Origin: Camelus ferus
Lineage: Eukaryota
Assembly (NCBI RefSeq): GCF_009834535.1
Contig: NC_045696.1
Location: forward strand, 25,856,001-25,920,000
DNA: 64,000 bases
Direction: 5' to 3'
Each line of letters begins with the position of its first letter. Position 1 is the first letter of the stretch. Below the pieces are notes generated by a model, which was not told the origin of the DNA, made no database searches, and saw only the letters and a program-made list of their open reading frames with translations. Of this stretch, positions 13,841 through 27,757 are shown piece after piece. The position numbers and the translations under genes are program-made.

Positions 13841-14372
13841 AAAGTGTATTTTTATTATATGAAGATGCATTATAAAATAAAATAAAATGAAACAAACTGT
13901 GAGGAAGGGGTTGTATCCTGTTAATTTATATCTATTTATTTTGTGATTATACATAATCTCAAATATAACTTTTAGACATGAATTTTGCATGCAATGTTAA
14001 AATATAATTGAAATTGTATTGAAAATGGTGTTTTATATTAGGAGCACCATTGAGTGAATCTATATTTTGTTCCATTTTAATACTACATTAGGACATTCTC
14101 TAAAAATCAATGTCCATTAGGATTCTTCTTACTCATTTGAATTAAAAATTCATACCCAAGCAACAGGTTTAGTAATTGTCAAGTAATTAAAGAAAACTTA
14201 GCATTGCTGTTCATCTCATTTCAGTATTTATGAAATGTACATATTTAATATTTAGAAGAGAATTAAGAATCAGTAAGTCAACAATTTACAAGTTTTCTCA
14301 AGGATTTGAAGGGCATATGCTGCATTTTTTAGACAACATATGATTTAGTACATACATTTATCTAAACAAAAT

Positions 14373-14373
14373 A

Positions 14374-14416
<43 letters not shown>
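14373..14416 (+). repeat. (AAAT)n microsatellite
   Basis: About 11 perfect AAAT units. Confidence 0.95.
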
Positions 14417-14604
14417 AAACTCATACCTATTTAGAAAATACATCCATGTATTAAGTTGATAGTGTTCATATTGATTTCTTTGATGATTTTTTCTTGCAAA
14501 CTATTAGAGTCTGATATTATGTGAGAAGGAATGCCCAAAGTAACTACTTGGACAAGAATACTTATTGGTTAAGTAGATTTGACCAGATCTTACTTAATGA
14601 TTAT

Positions 14605-14830
14605 TTTTAATACTTATTGAGTACCTATTATGTAGTAGTCAGTAGAGAAAATGACTTCACATTCATGATCACATTTAACTCACTCTATCCAGATGATAAT
14701 ATTTTTTAAAATTTTTAAAAATGAGGAACCTGAGTTCCAACAAATTTACATGACTTGACCAAGATCAGCTACATAACTGGTAGAGCAGGGATACATACTC
14801 AGGTTATAAGACTCCAGGTCTGGGTGTTTT
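14605..14830 (-). mobile_element. MIR
   Basis: ttattgagtacctattatg ... atgaggaacctgag ... tgacttgaccaagatca. Confidence 0.7.
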
Positions 14831-17800
14831 TACATTTATCTACTTGTCTTTTTTCTATTTCCTTTCTCTTAACTTGAACTACTAAACAAAACTTTAACCA
14901 GCCATTTTGGCTCCCTACTTATTGGAGCTCAGCCTTCTTCAAAGACCAATATAACAGGAAATCAAATATTAAAAAACAGAAAGTTTAAGAGAGATTAGAA
15001 AAAATATAAAAGAAGCAAAGTCAGATCCATTGCCTGCACTAGGCTTACAGTTCTCCAAGGGTCCAACCACAAGAATATCTGTATTCTGTCAGACTCGTAA
15101 GTGTGGTTTCACTCCAGGGAAGATAGAAGCTTTTACTGTAATTCAGAGATGATTTGGATTCTTTTGCTTTCAGTTACCCATTCTGCTAGAAAAAGCTAGA
15201 AAAAATGCATGGAAAGGTTGTGGGAAGGGCAAAGTAAAAGCAACAATGATATTCACAAAATATGAAAAGAAGATAGAATTCTGACTCACACCAAATAGAT
15301 TATAATGTAATCAGGATGTTACAGGAAGAATAAAAAAGAAAATTGACAGAGTGGAGTAATGGAGTAGTGGAATGAAGGGACAAAAATGATCAATAAATAC
15401 ATTTATTTAACCTAATGACATACATTCTTTCATTTCTAGTATTTCAATTTCACATGAAAATACATACATATATGTTGGAAACAGTTTACTGCAATAATAT
15501 ATATATTAGTATAATTTAACTCCAAAATAAAATAATGCATCCATAATTATCAATATGGTATTAATTTGAGTTAAATAATAATATAATTATTATTCAATAT
15601 AGAATTATGTGAATAATTTTAGTTTATATTAATATATACATTTCTACTGCTTTGATTTCTTTTCTCTTTTGTTCAAGTTCAGCCTCTTTCATAAAGCCTA
15701 GTACACTGAATTTATTGGGCTCAGCATTTTCCATTTTAAACTTCTAATTCATAGTTATAATTAATCAGAATTTTATTAAACATTGAAAATTATCTAAAAT
15801 ATATATATGTAATACTGAATGACTTTAAAATATCTGTTTGAGGAAAATGTTGGCTAGGAAAATTGTAAAATGAAGTTAATTTATATTTGCATGGAAATTA
15901 GAGCAGTTCATTTCTCTCTAGGGGGACATAATCCATTTGATAATTATTAGTAATAATAGCTAGTGTCCTTCAGAACTTTTTCCATTGCATATTCAACTTG
16001 AACTCAACAGGTGGGATATAACTCAAACAGTGAAGGAACAGAGTGGAACTCTTGGCTATATATAGTTTCAACAATAACATATACGATGCCAGTATTTCCT
16101 GAGGATTAATGATCAACTGGAAGAGCCTGTGGTCCTAGGGCCATTAACTCCATGTGGTCATTAATTCTGTCTGAAATCTCTTATAACAAGGACATTTGTA
16201 ACAATTACTTCCCTTCCCTTAATACAATTTTCGGGCAGGAATTTTAAAATCTTTTCATTTTTTTGAAGATGCACTTTTATTACACACTGACCATTAAAAA
16301 ATATCAATGACTTTATGATAAGCATTTGAAACAGATTCAGATTATAATATTTCATATGTCTGTAAATTTTGGCATTGTTTAATTCCTTTTAATACCACAA
16401 AGGCAAAGATGTATTGTATCCTCATGAAACAAATTGTTCCAAGTAATTTAAAGGCAAAGCACCTATTTAAATGGTTGGCTGTATAGTATGCATTGGCCAC
16501 TGATGGAATTTATAAAAATCCAAGTTACAAAATGTAAAGTATTTATCTTCAGGGCTGTTTCCTAAAGATTAAACTTCTGAGGAGTTGCCACTGCTTTAAA
16601 GATTTATGTTATTACCTTCAAGACCCAGGTCTGATTCATGGTGAGATTCTGCTACCCAGCTTTATTGGGTTCTATAAAAGATGATTTGTACCAAAAAATA
16701 TATTTTTAGTTATTTAATAATAGAAAACAATCCCTAATTTCTTGTGACTTGTTGCCATAATGCCCATGAAAGTACCAATGTCTACTATAAATGTCTGAAT
16801 TCTGAGATAAGAAAGTAAATCACTTTTAGTTAATACTAAAATAACACAAGACCATTAGCAACTCTTTAAAAAAAGAGATCCTATTTTAATAATACTGTAA
16901 AATTAATGTGTGAAAATATTAGTCATAGTTACTAGAAAAATATAATATTAAAAAGTATGTAATTGCCCTTGGTTCTGCTGTTTGCATTATAGTATGGAAC
17001 TCACTGTTATTAGTAATTTGTATATTACACACATATGGATAATTAACCTCCACCTTTAACTGATATATGTTATTGAAACCATCAGGGAATGTAATAAGTG
17101 AACCTCTAGCTGAGACAAGATACAAAAGCAACTGAAGAGACCATGCCAAATTGAAGGCAGAGTGAATTCTACACTGCCTAAAATGAACACGATGTTATAC
17201 TCAACTGATGTCACATCTTATTGACAATAAAAGTGCCAAAAGCATGCATGTTAGATTAGCGCTAACCTAATTGGTGGATATGGGATGTTTGAAGCGCATT
17301 AACAGAAGCAGGCACTAATCTCTGCCATGATACGCCATGTCACCACTATTTGAAATTCCATTGGGCAATATTAATTCAAGCAGAGGTCTGAGCTACTAAT
17401 AAATGAGGCAAATTGAGTCAATTACTAATTTCATGCTTTCGTGATTTGGGGTTTAGCTTGATAGTATCTGCAATTTAATACACTGCCCTCTAGAGATCTT
17501 GACCATTTATAAAGAACATGCTTTTACAGTCCTATTTGCTCTATTCGTTTTGTTTAAGTTCCACACTGCTGGGGCGATGGGGGCCAGGCAGAGAAGGGGA
17601 CTATTAGGGCCACAATATTATTTTCCTTCTCAGTGCTATAGTCAGTGTGACTTCCCTTTGATTGAAATCTTCATCAAGTTTTATAGCTGAATTCCTTGCC
17701 TTCTAGCACTATTTACTTGGCCCTATTTCCCTTTGGGGAAAAGTAGTCACAAAAGATAAGGCAAAACCAATGTACTAATATATTTTACCAGGATACTGCA

Positions 17801-18730
17801 AGGGGTTTTATGCCATCAAGAATTCATACACTTTTTAAAAATTAGCTTCATCTTCTAGTTTCTTTAAGAAGTCGGTTTTAATTTGTGTTCAAAGCAGTAA
17901 TTCTAAATTCCTCTCTTTTACACACTGCCCTTAGAATGATATACCAGTTCTCATATATTCTTTGTATCATTGCTGATTACCAAGTTAATTTGTGCATAAA
18001 TAGATATCCCCTGGGAATAGTTTAAATTAAAATTCCTCCACATATGCATTTCATTTCGTTTACAAGAATTTTTTTTGCATGGCAAGTATCTAATGAATTA
18101 AAAGCATGTTTATTAATATTTAAAAAGGGTTTATTCTGCCACATATAGAAAATGCAAAATCAGAACCAAAGCAGTATTCATCTACAAAGATCATTTGTCA
18201 ACATATGTGCTTTTTTGAAATTTATACATGTTTTACTTTAAAAATGCACATATATGGGCTATACTTTATTTGGTTACAAGGTAATTATAAGACTGAACTA
18301 AAATTTTATGTAACCTAATTGTTGATGTGATCATTATATCATTGTTTATCTTAATTCCTGTCAGAATAGCAGATTTTTGAAAGAATCATTAAGAAACACC
18401 CATTTGTAGCAGATACAAAGGTGGTGCTATTACTCCTGTTTTTTCCAGTATAGGGAAAGGACCAAATAAAAATACAGTTTAAATCAACTCTTTCCATCTG
18501 CGGTTAACCTGATTAGGAAAAGGTCAGTAGGGGAATGGACCGTTGCCAAAAATCCTCTTTGGCCGCATCCCCACCACCAAAGTGAAGTAGTAAATTGAGA
18601 ATTGAGTCAATTATGTGAATAAGTCAGGCTAAAAAGCACTTTCCACAGAACTCTATCAATAATTTACCTAAGTTGTGTTGTGGAGTTTGGGCCATGATCA
18701 AGGTCAGAAACCCAGAAGACAATGTTCTTA

Positions 18731-18832
18731 CTCTCTTTCTTCACCTTTCCTTCTTCTTCCTTTCCTTCCTTTGTTCCTTCCTTCCTTCCTTCTACTTCCT
18801 TCCATCCTCTTCCTTCCTTCCTTCTCTTCCTT
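18731..18832 (+). repeat. (TTCC)n-like polypyrimidine tract
   Basis: About 100 bp of near-pure C/T with ttcc units. Confidence 0.9.
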
Positions 18833-19444
18833 AAAGTTATCTTGATAAATGTCTTTTAGTTTCCATTTCATTCTGCTGGTGTAGGCCTTATTTCCAAGAC
18901 GCCGTTATGTCCAGTGGAGTAATTTTCTTTGCTGCAGAAGAACTGAGACATGCATGCCTCTGATTCTTTGTTCTATCAACAAAGCCTAAAACAACTTCCT
19001 TTCTGAGCTATAGTGTGTGCTCTGAGATCAAGAAGTGAATGGATATCATTGGAACTGAGCCTTACACTACATTTCAATAGAGTTAGTCTAGAAAAGAAAT
19101 GGTTATACCTAGTCCTGCCATGATGCTGCTTACTTGGAGGGCCACTCCAACGAGAATCTTCAGGTTTCCCCACTGTGCTGTTTAGAAAATGCATGTGTAC
19201 AGTTTAAGATATTATACTATAATTCAGGATGCATAGAAAAGATGTTAGAGCTGTCTCTTTATATTTATTAGCTCCCTCAAGTCCTTATTAACATGATAAT
19301 TAAACACTCGCTGAATATCACTACTTTTCCATTCTTATTTTCACTGACAAATGAAAAAAATTGGTACTTTAGCGATAAAAAAGCCATTTAATGTGAAACT
19401 GTGAAAATATTAAGAAAATAAATTGCATAGACTGGAAAATAATA

Positions 19445-19612
19445 GGTATTTTTCTGAGGACCTATATAGACTTGTGTTATTCTAAGCACTTTACATGAGA
19501 TATTGTATCCATTTTCTGGATCATGAAACTGAGGCACAGGAAAGTTACATAAACTGACCAATGAAACAGAGTAGCTTTTGAATCTCTACAGGCTGAATTC
19601 ACTCTTAACCAC
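19445..19612 (-). mobile_element. MIR
   Basis: ttctaagcactttacatg ... gaaactgaggcacagg. Confidence 0.7.
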
Positions 19613-22600
19613 TCGTTTATGATGTAGTGAATATACATAATATGACCTAGTGTATATATAATATACAACATATAATATGGTAGGACTAAATAAACCAGTT
19701 TTCTATTTCCCACTATCATGTTAGTAAGTAGATTAGGAGTGATTTTGTTTTAAAGTTGACCCATATCTTAAGCAACATTTGGGCTGAAATGTTTGTTATT
19801 AACATGACACTTCTTAGGATAACACTTGAAAAAAATAGAAAAGTTGAGTATTATGCTGCTGAAACAAAACTTAATTTAATTTTTTTAATTTAAATTTTAA
19901 AATTATTCCTTGTTGGGAAAATGCTCCCACTTAAGTACTCTGATTTTTCACATTGCTGCCATGCCAATATTTGAATAAGACTTGGCATTTGGTACTAGAA
20001 CACTGATAAAGACTGTGGAGAAAAAATTGGCAGAATATTTGGGACAAAGCATTGCAAGGAGTTATAATGATAGATGAAATGACACTTTTCTCACACAGCG
20101 TTATGTGTGTACACATGCACATGGGCATAGGGGCATGCATGAACAAGGACATGCTTGTGTTTCTTTCACACCTAATGGATTTATTATTCATCTTTCTTCC
20201 TCCTGAATTCTATTATTAACATTAAACCTCTGGGTTTAAATTAATGAAGGGTTTGAATTTATACTTTTTTATCTTTTGAGATCTAATAGATCTTTCGAGA
20301 TGGTAATACTGTTTTTTCCCTTCCCAAACTCAGTAACTTATTTTATGAGGCTTATTGAAAAAGAATGTTTTAATTTCCCTTTCTCTCCCCCTACTTATTT
20401 AAAAGGTAAAATAAAATGTGAAAACATAATAGGAAAGTTTAGGGTACCCATTACCAATACTTTGGGATCCATCTTGATTTAGTTTCTTCATCTCTCTTAA
20501 AATTACTATTCTGAAAGTCTTAGCCAGGTTTTCTTTCTTCAGCATAATCAGGTAGCTCTCCTCCTCATATATTTCCAGTTAGGACATATGCACACAAGTA
20601 TACACTGAATATGCAAAATCATTAATAATAGACATATAGAACTTTTGAAGTAACATTATTTAAAGTTCAAAGTTGTTTGTGAATGTAACAATTTAGGAAA
20701 TCAACACATAAAAGTTAATTTTACTGGCCCTACCCAACTCTGACAATTTTTTTTAATGTGATATTCAACATATAACTCAATGCTATTAACATTACCAAAT
20801 AACAGCTATTGAAACTTATGGTTATTTTTCCCTACAGGAGATGATGGCTAACAGTTAATTCAAGCCACTGTGTAATGTGCTGTATTGCAACATTCTAAAT
20901 CATATAAGTAATTAATCTAAATGCAATATCATCCCACAGTATGCATTGTTTTCTAGTTTTCAATTCTGTGTGCAGTTTGAAGTCATCAATACCAATTACA
21001 ATGAAATGTAGCTCATATTTTTACAACCACCATCAGCTAGAATCTCTGTGTTTGTTCAAGGGAGCTGTATAAATCATGGTTCCACAATGCTACTTTGTTT
21101 TGTTTTATCATGGGATTTAATGAGTTTTGAGAATTTTGAAGAGATAATAAATTGGTAACCCAAGGAAAAGAAAAATAATTTTCTTGTCCACAGAAAATAT
21201 AGATAAAGGCCTAATATTAGATTAACATACAATGCTTTTAGTATATTAATATGCACAGCATGAATATCCTGACATTTATTGATTTGCAATAAGAAACCAA
21301 GTGAATAGATCGTTAGTGGGAGAGGAAAGGCTTTAACTATCAGAGAAAATAGAGTATGGTAGAGTTCAGAAAGCTCTGAATTTGTGCTTTTCATTCCAGT
21401 AAGGCTAATGACCCCAGCATGGAGAATATATATCCTCAAAAGCAGTGTTATTTGAAAGCTTTTAATCAGATACTCACTTTGCTGTACATATGGAAAACTA
21501 TATAAATTTAAAGGGGTTGCCTCATAAATTTCCATGAACAAATAGAACTTCCAGGTCTTCAATGCTGTTGCTTGTTTTTATTATGAGTGTGAAATTTATG
21601 CCACTCAGAACATAGACCTTCCTGTCCAAAGAAAATTACTTAGTATCTGACAGTGTAAGCAAAACATAGTTAGAACTATATTTGCCCTACCACATGGTTA
21701 TTCATTCTCTGCTGAAAGTAAGTTAGATACGGGTCATATAGGATTGAGAAGACATGGAATCAGTGGCATTAATATGTCTTCACTCTTAGGATCATTGTCT
21801 CCAAATACTCTTGCATATCCTATCAATCATTCTAAAGAAGCCGTCCATACCCACATATTAGTAAACATATATTTTAAATTTAACTTTAATTTTAAAGATT
21901 TAAAACAAAGTTAAACTCTGCTCTCCTAAATGACAGATTACAGGTCACCAATGCTGAGACACATCAATGAAGACTTAACACCACCTTGGTAAAAATAGCA
22001 GTGGGTTATTGAAGATCACACATTCTGAGAGACATGGTGAGAAAATACAATGTACTTGTGCCAATTTTTCATGAGACAGAATTGTATGAAATCTTGGCAT
22101 AACATCAAATTTTTCCTAAAAATATGGAAAAAAATTTTTTTCATGCACAGGACCTGATATCCCTGTCACTGAATAGAACTTAAACACAAGAAATGATACA
22201 GTGTACAGGTCTGGTCTTTAGTTTTTAAAGAGACTCACTTTCTACCATGATTATTCTAAAAAATAAGAACTCAAAGGTTATTTTGACTAGAAAAAAATTT
22301 TTGAGAAAAATCAAAGTATTTCTTGAATCAAAACTTCTGACTTACAATCTCCTGTTCATCAATTTTTGTTCTACCTACCTTCTAAAAAGAGGTACTAATG
22401 TCATTTCAATGAGAAGTATTATTTCTTTAAAATTAATACAATCAGATAAAATTAACAACTTGGAGTTCTTCAGAACTCTGTCTTGAAAAATGAAGGAATA
22501 AAGATTTATGAGATTCAAAGATATTGTAAAAGAAATGATCCTAAAAATCACATACAAATTGTTGAAAATAAACTTTTATTTGTTCTAGCTAACTGCCTGA

Positions 22601-23638
22601 AAATGTCTTCACTCACAGCATCTATTTCTTTTTTTAGCATTATTTTGAAACAGTGCTTGAAATTCTTTCAACTAAAGTTTAGTTTGGTTAATGACCTCCT
22701 TTAAAAATGCAAATATGTCTCTAGAATCTCATTGAAAGACTTCAGTCATTTATACTGTAGTGTGAATTGATTTAATTAACATATTTCCATCCTAATTGCT
22801 CTGTTTAAACAGGAAGGGGAAAGAAAAGTAAGTTACATGCCACATTTTGATGCTAAGAAATAGGTAACTTGATATCTGCCCTTGAAGAGATACTCTTATG
22901 AAATTATATCCTCAATTTTCCCAGAGAAACCTACATTAATACTTTGTCTTCACCTCCAGCAAACCACAGAAATGTGCTAAAAATTTCCATGTTTCATCAA
23001 CAACCAAATGAAGTATTACATAGGGCCATATGATAAAAACATGCCTCAATCAACAAAACCTTACGTTAATCAATGAGCCCCATGATTTTTTAAATTTGAA
23101 AACATTACTGGCAAATGTATCCCAGATGTTAATGTTGGTAAAGTTTTCATTAACTTAGAATTAGGAATAATTTGAGCATAAGGCTGAATGAAGTTCACTG
23201 TTTAACTAGATATAAATAAATAAGCAAAATTAATAATCAAAATTATAATTATTTACTTCAATCTTTGAAGGAGGCTTCATAAGATATATTTGGCCACATT
23301 CAGAATTTCTGTATGCATTTAAAAATAATCTTTTTGAAAACAATTTGAAATCAGCCATTGTTAATTCAGATTGTTCTTTATTGTTCAGTAGATTTTTACT
23401 GAGAATTTTCAATGCAACTTTGGTAGATTATGAAAGAACTAACAAAATAATCTAGTCTTTCCTTATTTTATTCTACTAATCATGCATAATTATTCTCTTT
23501 TGGTGGCTTCTTGGTCTGATGTTACTATAGGATTGAAAAAAAGCATCATCAACAGTCTCTACCAGCATTATTATCAAATATACAGTCTAATATGTGACTG
23601 TGTATCTACCCTAGTATTACAAATCTTATTGTCTTTTT

Positions 23639-23757
23639 TTTTAAATTAAGACTTTATTATTTAAAGCAGTTTTAGGTTCATGGCAAAATTAGGGGGAAGG
23701 TACAGAGATTTACCATATATCCCTTGGCTCACCCCCCCATACATAGACTCCCCCATG
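23639..23757 (-). mobile_element. Short L1MC1/2-like 3' terminus with 14-bp TSD
   Basis: gcagttttaggttcatggcaaaattagggggaaggtacagagatt, flanked by cttattgtcttttt at 23625-23638 and 23758-23771. Confidence 0.8.
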
Positions 23758-24194
23758 CTTATTGTCTTTTTGTGAATAAGTCAATAAGATGAGTAAAAAC
23801 AAATATGAAGGTATAATATGTGTGTATGAGTTAGTTTTTATACAATCTTCCAGTCTGCTTATTAAGATATAAGATATTTTAGCATTTTTAAATTCCATAC
23901 TTACATGCTAGTCCATTTTTTACAGAAAGTTTTGTTTGGTATTATAAAATAGAAAAAAATTATTACTGTTTTTAAGTATACATGAAAAACACAGGTTTAA
24001 AACATTTTTCACATATATCTTTTACTTTAAAATGTGGATGCTTTTAGTGTATGTGAATGAGTATAGTAAAGCATCTGAAACATTTGATTTGATAGTAGAA
24101 CCAATAATTTTATAATTTATTATGAATTTTTATTTCTCCTATTATTGTATTTTCCTGTTAAAGAATAGTGCTTCTTGAATCCTGTCTGCCCCTC

Positions 24195-24350
24195 TGTGGT
24201 TTCTCATCACTCAGGAAGCTAGTCGGGGCTTATTCACATTTTGATGCAGGGTTCCAAGAGGGAGCACAGAAGAATATAGGGTCTCTTGAATCCTAGGCTT
24301 AGAAGGGGTTCTACATCACTCCAACTAGATTCACTGGTCAAAGCAATCAG
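24195..24350 (-). mobile_element. Second partial MLT1H/G-like fragment
   Basis: caggaagctagtcggggcttattcaca ... gcagggttccaagag ... ggtcaaagcaa; similar to 24874-25010. Confidence 0.65.
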
Positions 24351-24658
24351 GAGGAATTAACGTTCTTTAATATGTTCATCAATGACTTTGCTCACTAATC
24401 GAGACATGCTCAGTCTAGGTATCCCTAAATCTAAAGGGTTTCCTAATACTTTAGAGCACATAAAGACAGTTCAAAATGATCTTCAAAGATTAGTGTTTTC
24501 TAATAACAATGTAATTAATTATAACAGGACAAGTGAAAAGGACCACAGATGGTGTGAAAAACAAAAGAAAAGTACCAGAGCAAGAATGACATGAGAGAGA
24601 AGATTTTATGATTTGGGCTTTTGATGTCTCAGTTCTATATAACCAATCATCAGTAGGG

Positions 24659-25100
24659 GTGTTAGTTAATTTTTACTGCATAACTATTGATGACAAAATT
24701 CAGTAGCTCAAAACAATAACCATTTTACTTTGTTCATGATTCTTTGAATCAGCAATTTAAGATAACCTCAACCAGGAGATATTTCTGAACTAGGCAGGGC
24801 CCCCTCATGCACTGCAGGCAGCTGCATTGTCAGCTGGGAAGCAGCCTAAAGTAGACTCAGCTGGGAGGGCGGATCTCGTCATCCAGGAGGCTAATCAGGG
24901 CTTATATACATTTCGGTGCAGGGAGCACAAAATAAGGTAAGGTCTCTTGAGTCCTAAGCTGAGGAAGTTTTTAGTCACTTCCACTACATTCCATTGTTCA
25001 AAGCAAGTCACAGGACCAGCTCAGATTCAAGGGATGAAGAGACTCCCATCTCTTTACAGGAGATTCTGCAAAGGATTGTGGTCAGTTTTACAATCTGGCA
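24659..25100 (-). mobile_element. MaLR LTR, MLT1H/G-like
   Basis: gttagttaatttttactgcataac ... aaagcaagtcacaggaccagctcagattcaaggg matches recalled antisense MLT1. Confidence 0.75.
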
Positions 25101-25221
25101 CAGTAAACATATACGATACTGGCCTACATATTAGGGGGTGTTAAGAGTTGCTTATTTTAGATGGACAAGTTGTTTAATACTTATGTTTGTGTATTATCAT
25201 GAATAATGAAGATAAGGACAT

Positions 25222-25350
25222 AGGGGAAGAAAAGAAAGAAAGAGAAAAAGAGAGAAAGGAAAAGAGAAATAGAGAAAGAGAGAAAGAAAGAAAGAATAAA
25301 AAGAAGGAGGAAGAGAAGGATGAAGGGAGGGAGAGGAAGAGCAAGAGAAG
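25222..25350 (+). repeat. GA-rich polypurine tract
   Basis: About 130 bp of near-pure A/G. Confidence 0.9.
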
Positions 25351-26834
25351 TTGAGGATACTTTCCAAGAAATTGCTACTGAAAATGTGAAGACAAAGGTC
25401 ATAATCTCAGATAAAATTAACGCTTAACATATATACAGTAATTCATAGAGTTGTAAAAGAAACTTCCACATATATTTAATCCTCACATGACAAAAATAAT
25501 ATGCATGTAATCCTCACAATAATCAGTCGGACAAATATTAACTCACAATTCACAATTGAAACTGAGGCTCATAACATACTATGCAGAGCAGTTATTTTAA
25601 ATGTAATGGTATTTCCTTTTCAGGAAAAAGTTATACTCGTAATTGAGTATAAAACCCCTTCACATTCTGGTACTCTCAAGTGAGGGCACAACTAGCCTAT
25701 GACTAATTTTCACGCCTGGGGGAGTTTGGTGATTAATGAAGACAACATGCCGGCAAATCCCTGGAAGGGCTGGATCAAGTGCACCTTCGCACACACACTG
25801 CCGAAAGATTTGCCAAGTATATTAAGAGTGTAAGTGTGATTGTAGGAAACATTTTTATTTGCTTATAAAACCATTTTTAAGGGACCTTAATAAACTTATC
25901 TATTTATTGAAGCAGTCCCAGCAAGATTTCAGCTTATAAGTATTTAATTCGCTCTTAGCTCAAATTAATATTTATATTCAAAATCAATAAAACTGTATTA
26001 AAGTTCATACTGGCCTTCCTCCAAATTAGTCCAAATTCATAAGGTTTTTTGTGTTTAGCTCACTGCTCAGAGTAATGATGTTGCATCTAGAATACATTTT
26101 TTAATCATCTACTGATGGAAAGGAGAAGATTTAATACTATAAATGGATAATGATCCCAAACACCTATTTATTTGTTGTGAAATGCACTCTTGTTTTCTCT
26201 ACTCAGACCCAGGATTAACACTGTGGCTTACAGCATGGGCAGCTCTCAGTCTGACTGTGTTTGAATAGGAGAGTGCATTCCATGTTGTCACAAATAAAGG
26301 CAATAACCCTCTTGTAGATAACTGGGGGTACCCTTAAGACTCTTATTCCAGATAACTGTGCCCTTTAACTAAAAGTGAAAATATCCAATGTGTCCACTGT
26401 TATTTACATGTTTTTTTTTTAAACCTAGGTCTTTACAACTCAGCAGAGCCGAATGCTCTTGTCGAAGGGTTCCTTGTTAAAATGACAGTAGATAGTTTAG
26501 AGATGTCATTCTTGCTTTACCCCCTGGAGAAATTGTATTCTAGTTAATGGTATTCCCTTCAGTAATAATTACAGGAATTCTAATTCTTGACTAAAAGCAG
26601 AAAAGACCCACATTTGAGCAAGAAATGTGTGTCAAGACTGATAACATACATAAGAAGCCCTTGGGATTTGTTATAAAATACATTTTTTAAGAGCTGTACA
26701 CTTTCTGCTGTAGTGAAGGCTCCTCATGCAGGCCTTATTTCACAGTCCTGATCTCAGCATTTTAAGTTTGAGCTTTCCTGTTCACTATAGCAGCATAGAT
26801 ACCTGTGCGTTCTCTACTTCATGTATTGGTTTCT

Positions 26835-26946
26835 TTTTGAATTGGTGAACTTGAGAGATAAAGACACATTTCACTACTTTTGTATCCTCCACTGCAGCTA
26901 GCACAATATATGACACATAGGTGCTCAACATACACTTCCTGGTGAA
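26835..26946 (+). mobile_element. L2 3' end fragment
   Basis: ctttgtatcctccactgcagctagcacaatatatgacacataggtgctcaac. Confidence 0.6.
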
Positions 26947-27589
26947 TTTCTGGCTATCTGTTCTCTGTAACGCCCACCATTTTCAGACTTATTTGATTCC
27001 TCTTTTATATTATACTTCTAGCTGAGACAAGATGGTCTTATTAATGTCCACTGAGAGAGAGAGAGAGAATCACTCCTTGATTTTGGCTAAAAATATTACC
27101 CAGAGCTCTGAGAATCCTCCCATTACAAACAGACCACAGAGGAAGGGTTATTTCACACATGAACTATGATCAGATATAGACGAACTCCCCCAAAATCAGT
27201 GGGAGTAGATGACTCAATCCCATCTACACTGGGCATGACATGATTCAAATGTGTTTCTGGTAGGTCCTATAAGAATTTTTAAAACATCAACTATTAAATA
27301 TCAAGGACCAACCAAATACACACCTACCTGCAGACATTTCCTTTTGCCAGTCTCTCAGTTTGAACAGCTTTCCCTCTGTTTCTCTGCTTAGTCGTGCCCC
27401 TCCAGTTCCATCTAAGCTAAGCCCTTGCTGGTCATTTCAGGTCACAGTGGTCATTCTGTCTTTGAGCCCTTTCAATATCTATGTTTGCAAACACTCACTG
27501 AAACTTATTTATGGGTAGCTGATATTTGGGGGCCACTTTTTCCCTATGTGTGGCCTCTCTAAATGTCTGAAAAAACCCCTGAACCAGGT

Positions 27590-27757
27590 GTTTGGGGGAA
27601 GGGAGGGATAAATAGTCTGAGCACAAAGGACTTTTAGGACAGTTTTAAATACTCTGTATGCTACTATAATGGAGAATACATGTCATCATTCATTTGTCAA
27701 ACACAGAATGTACAATACCAAGAGTGAAAACTAATATAAACTATGGACTTTGGATGA
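27590..27757 (+). mobile_element. L1MC1/2-like 3' UTR fragment
   Basis: actctgtatgctactataatgg ... cagaatgtacaataccaagagtgaa ... aaactatggactttgg. Confidence 0.75.

Noticed and set aside
21074..21562. 162-aa minus-strand ORF
   Set aside because: Non-ATG start, composition typical of random AT-rich DNA, and no homology or splice support recognised.
17105..27033. 17-bp match tctagctgagacaagat at about 17105 and 27017
   Set aside because: 10 kb apart with no flanking similarity; one such match in 64 kb of AT-rich DNA is plausible by chance.
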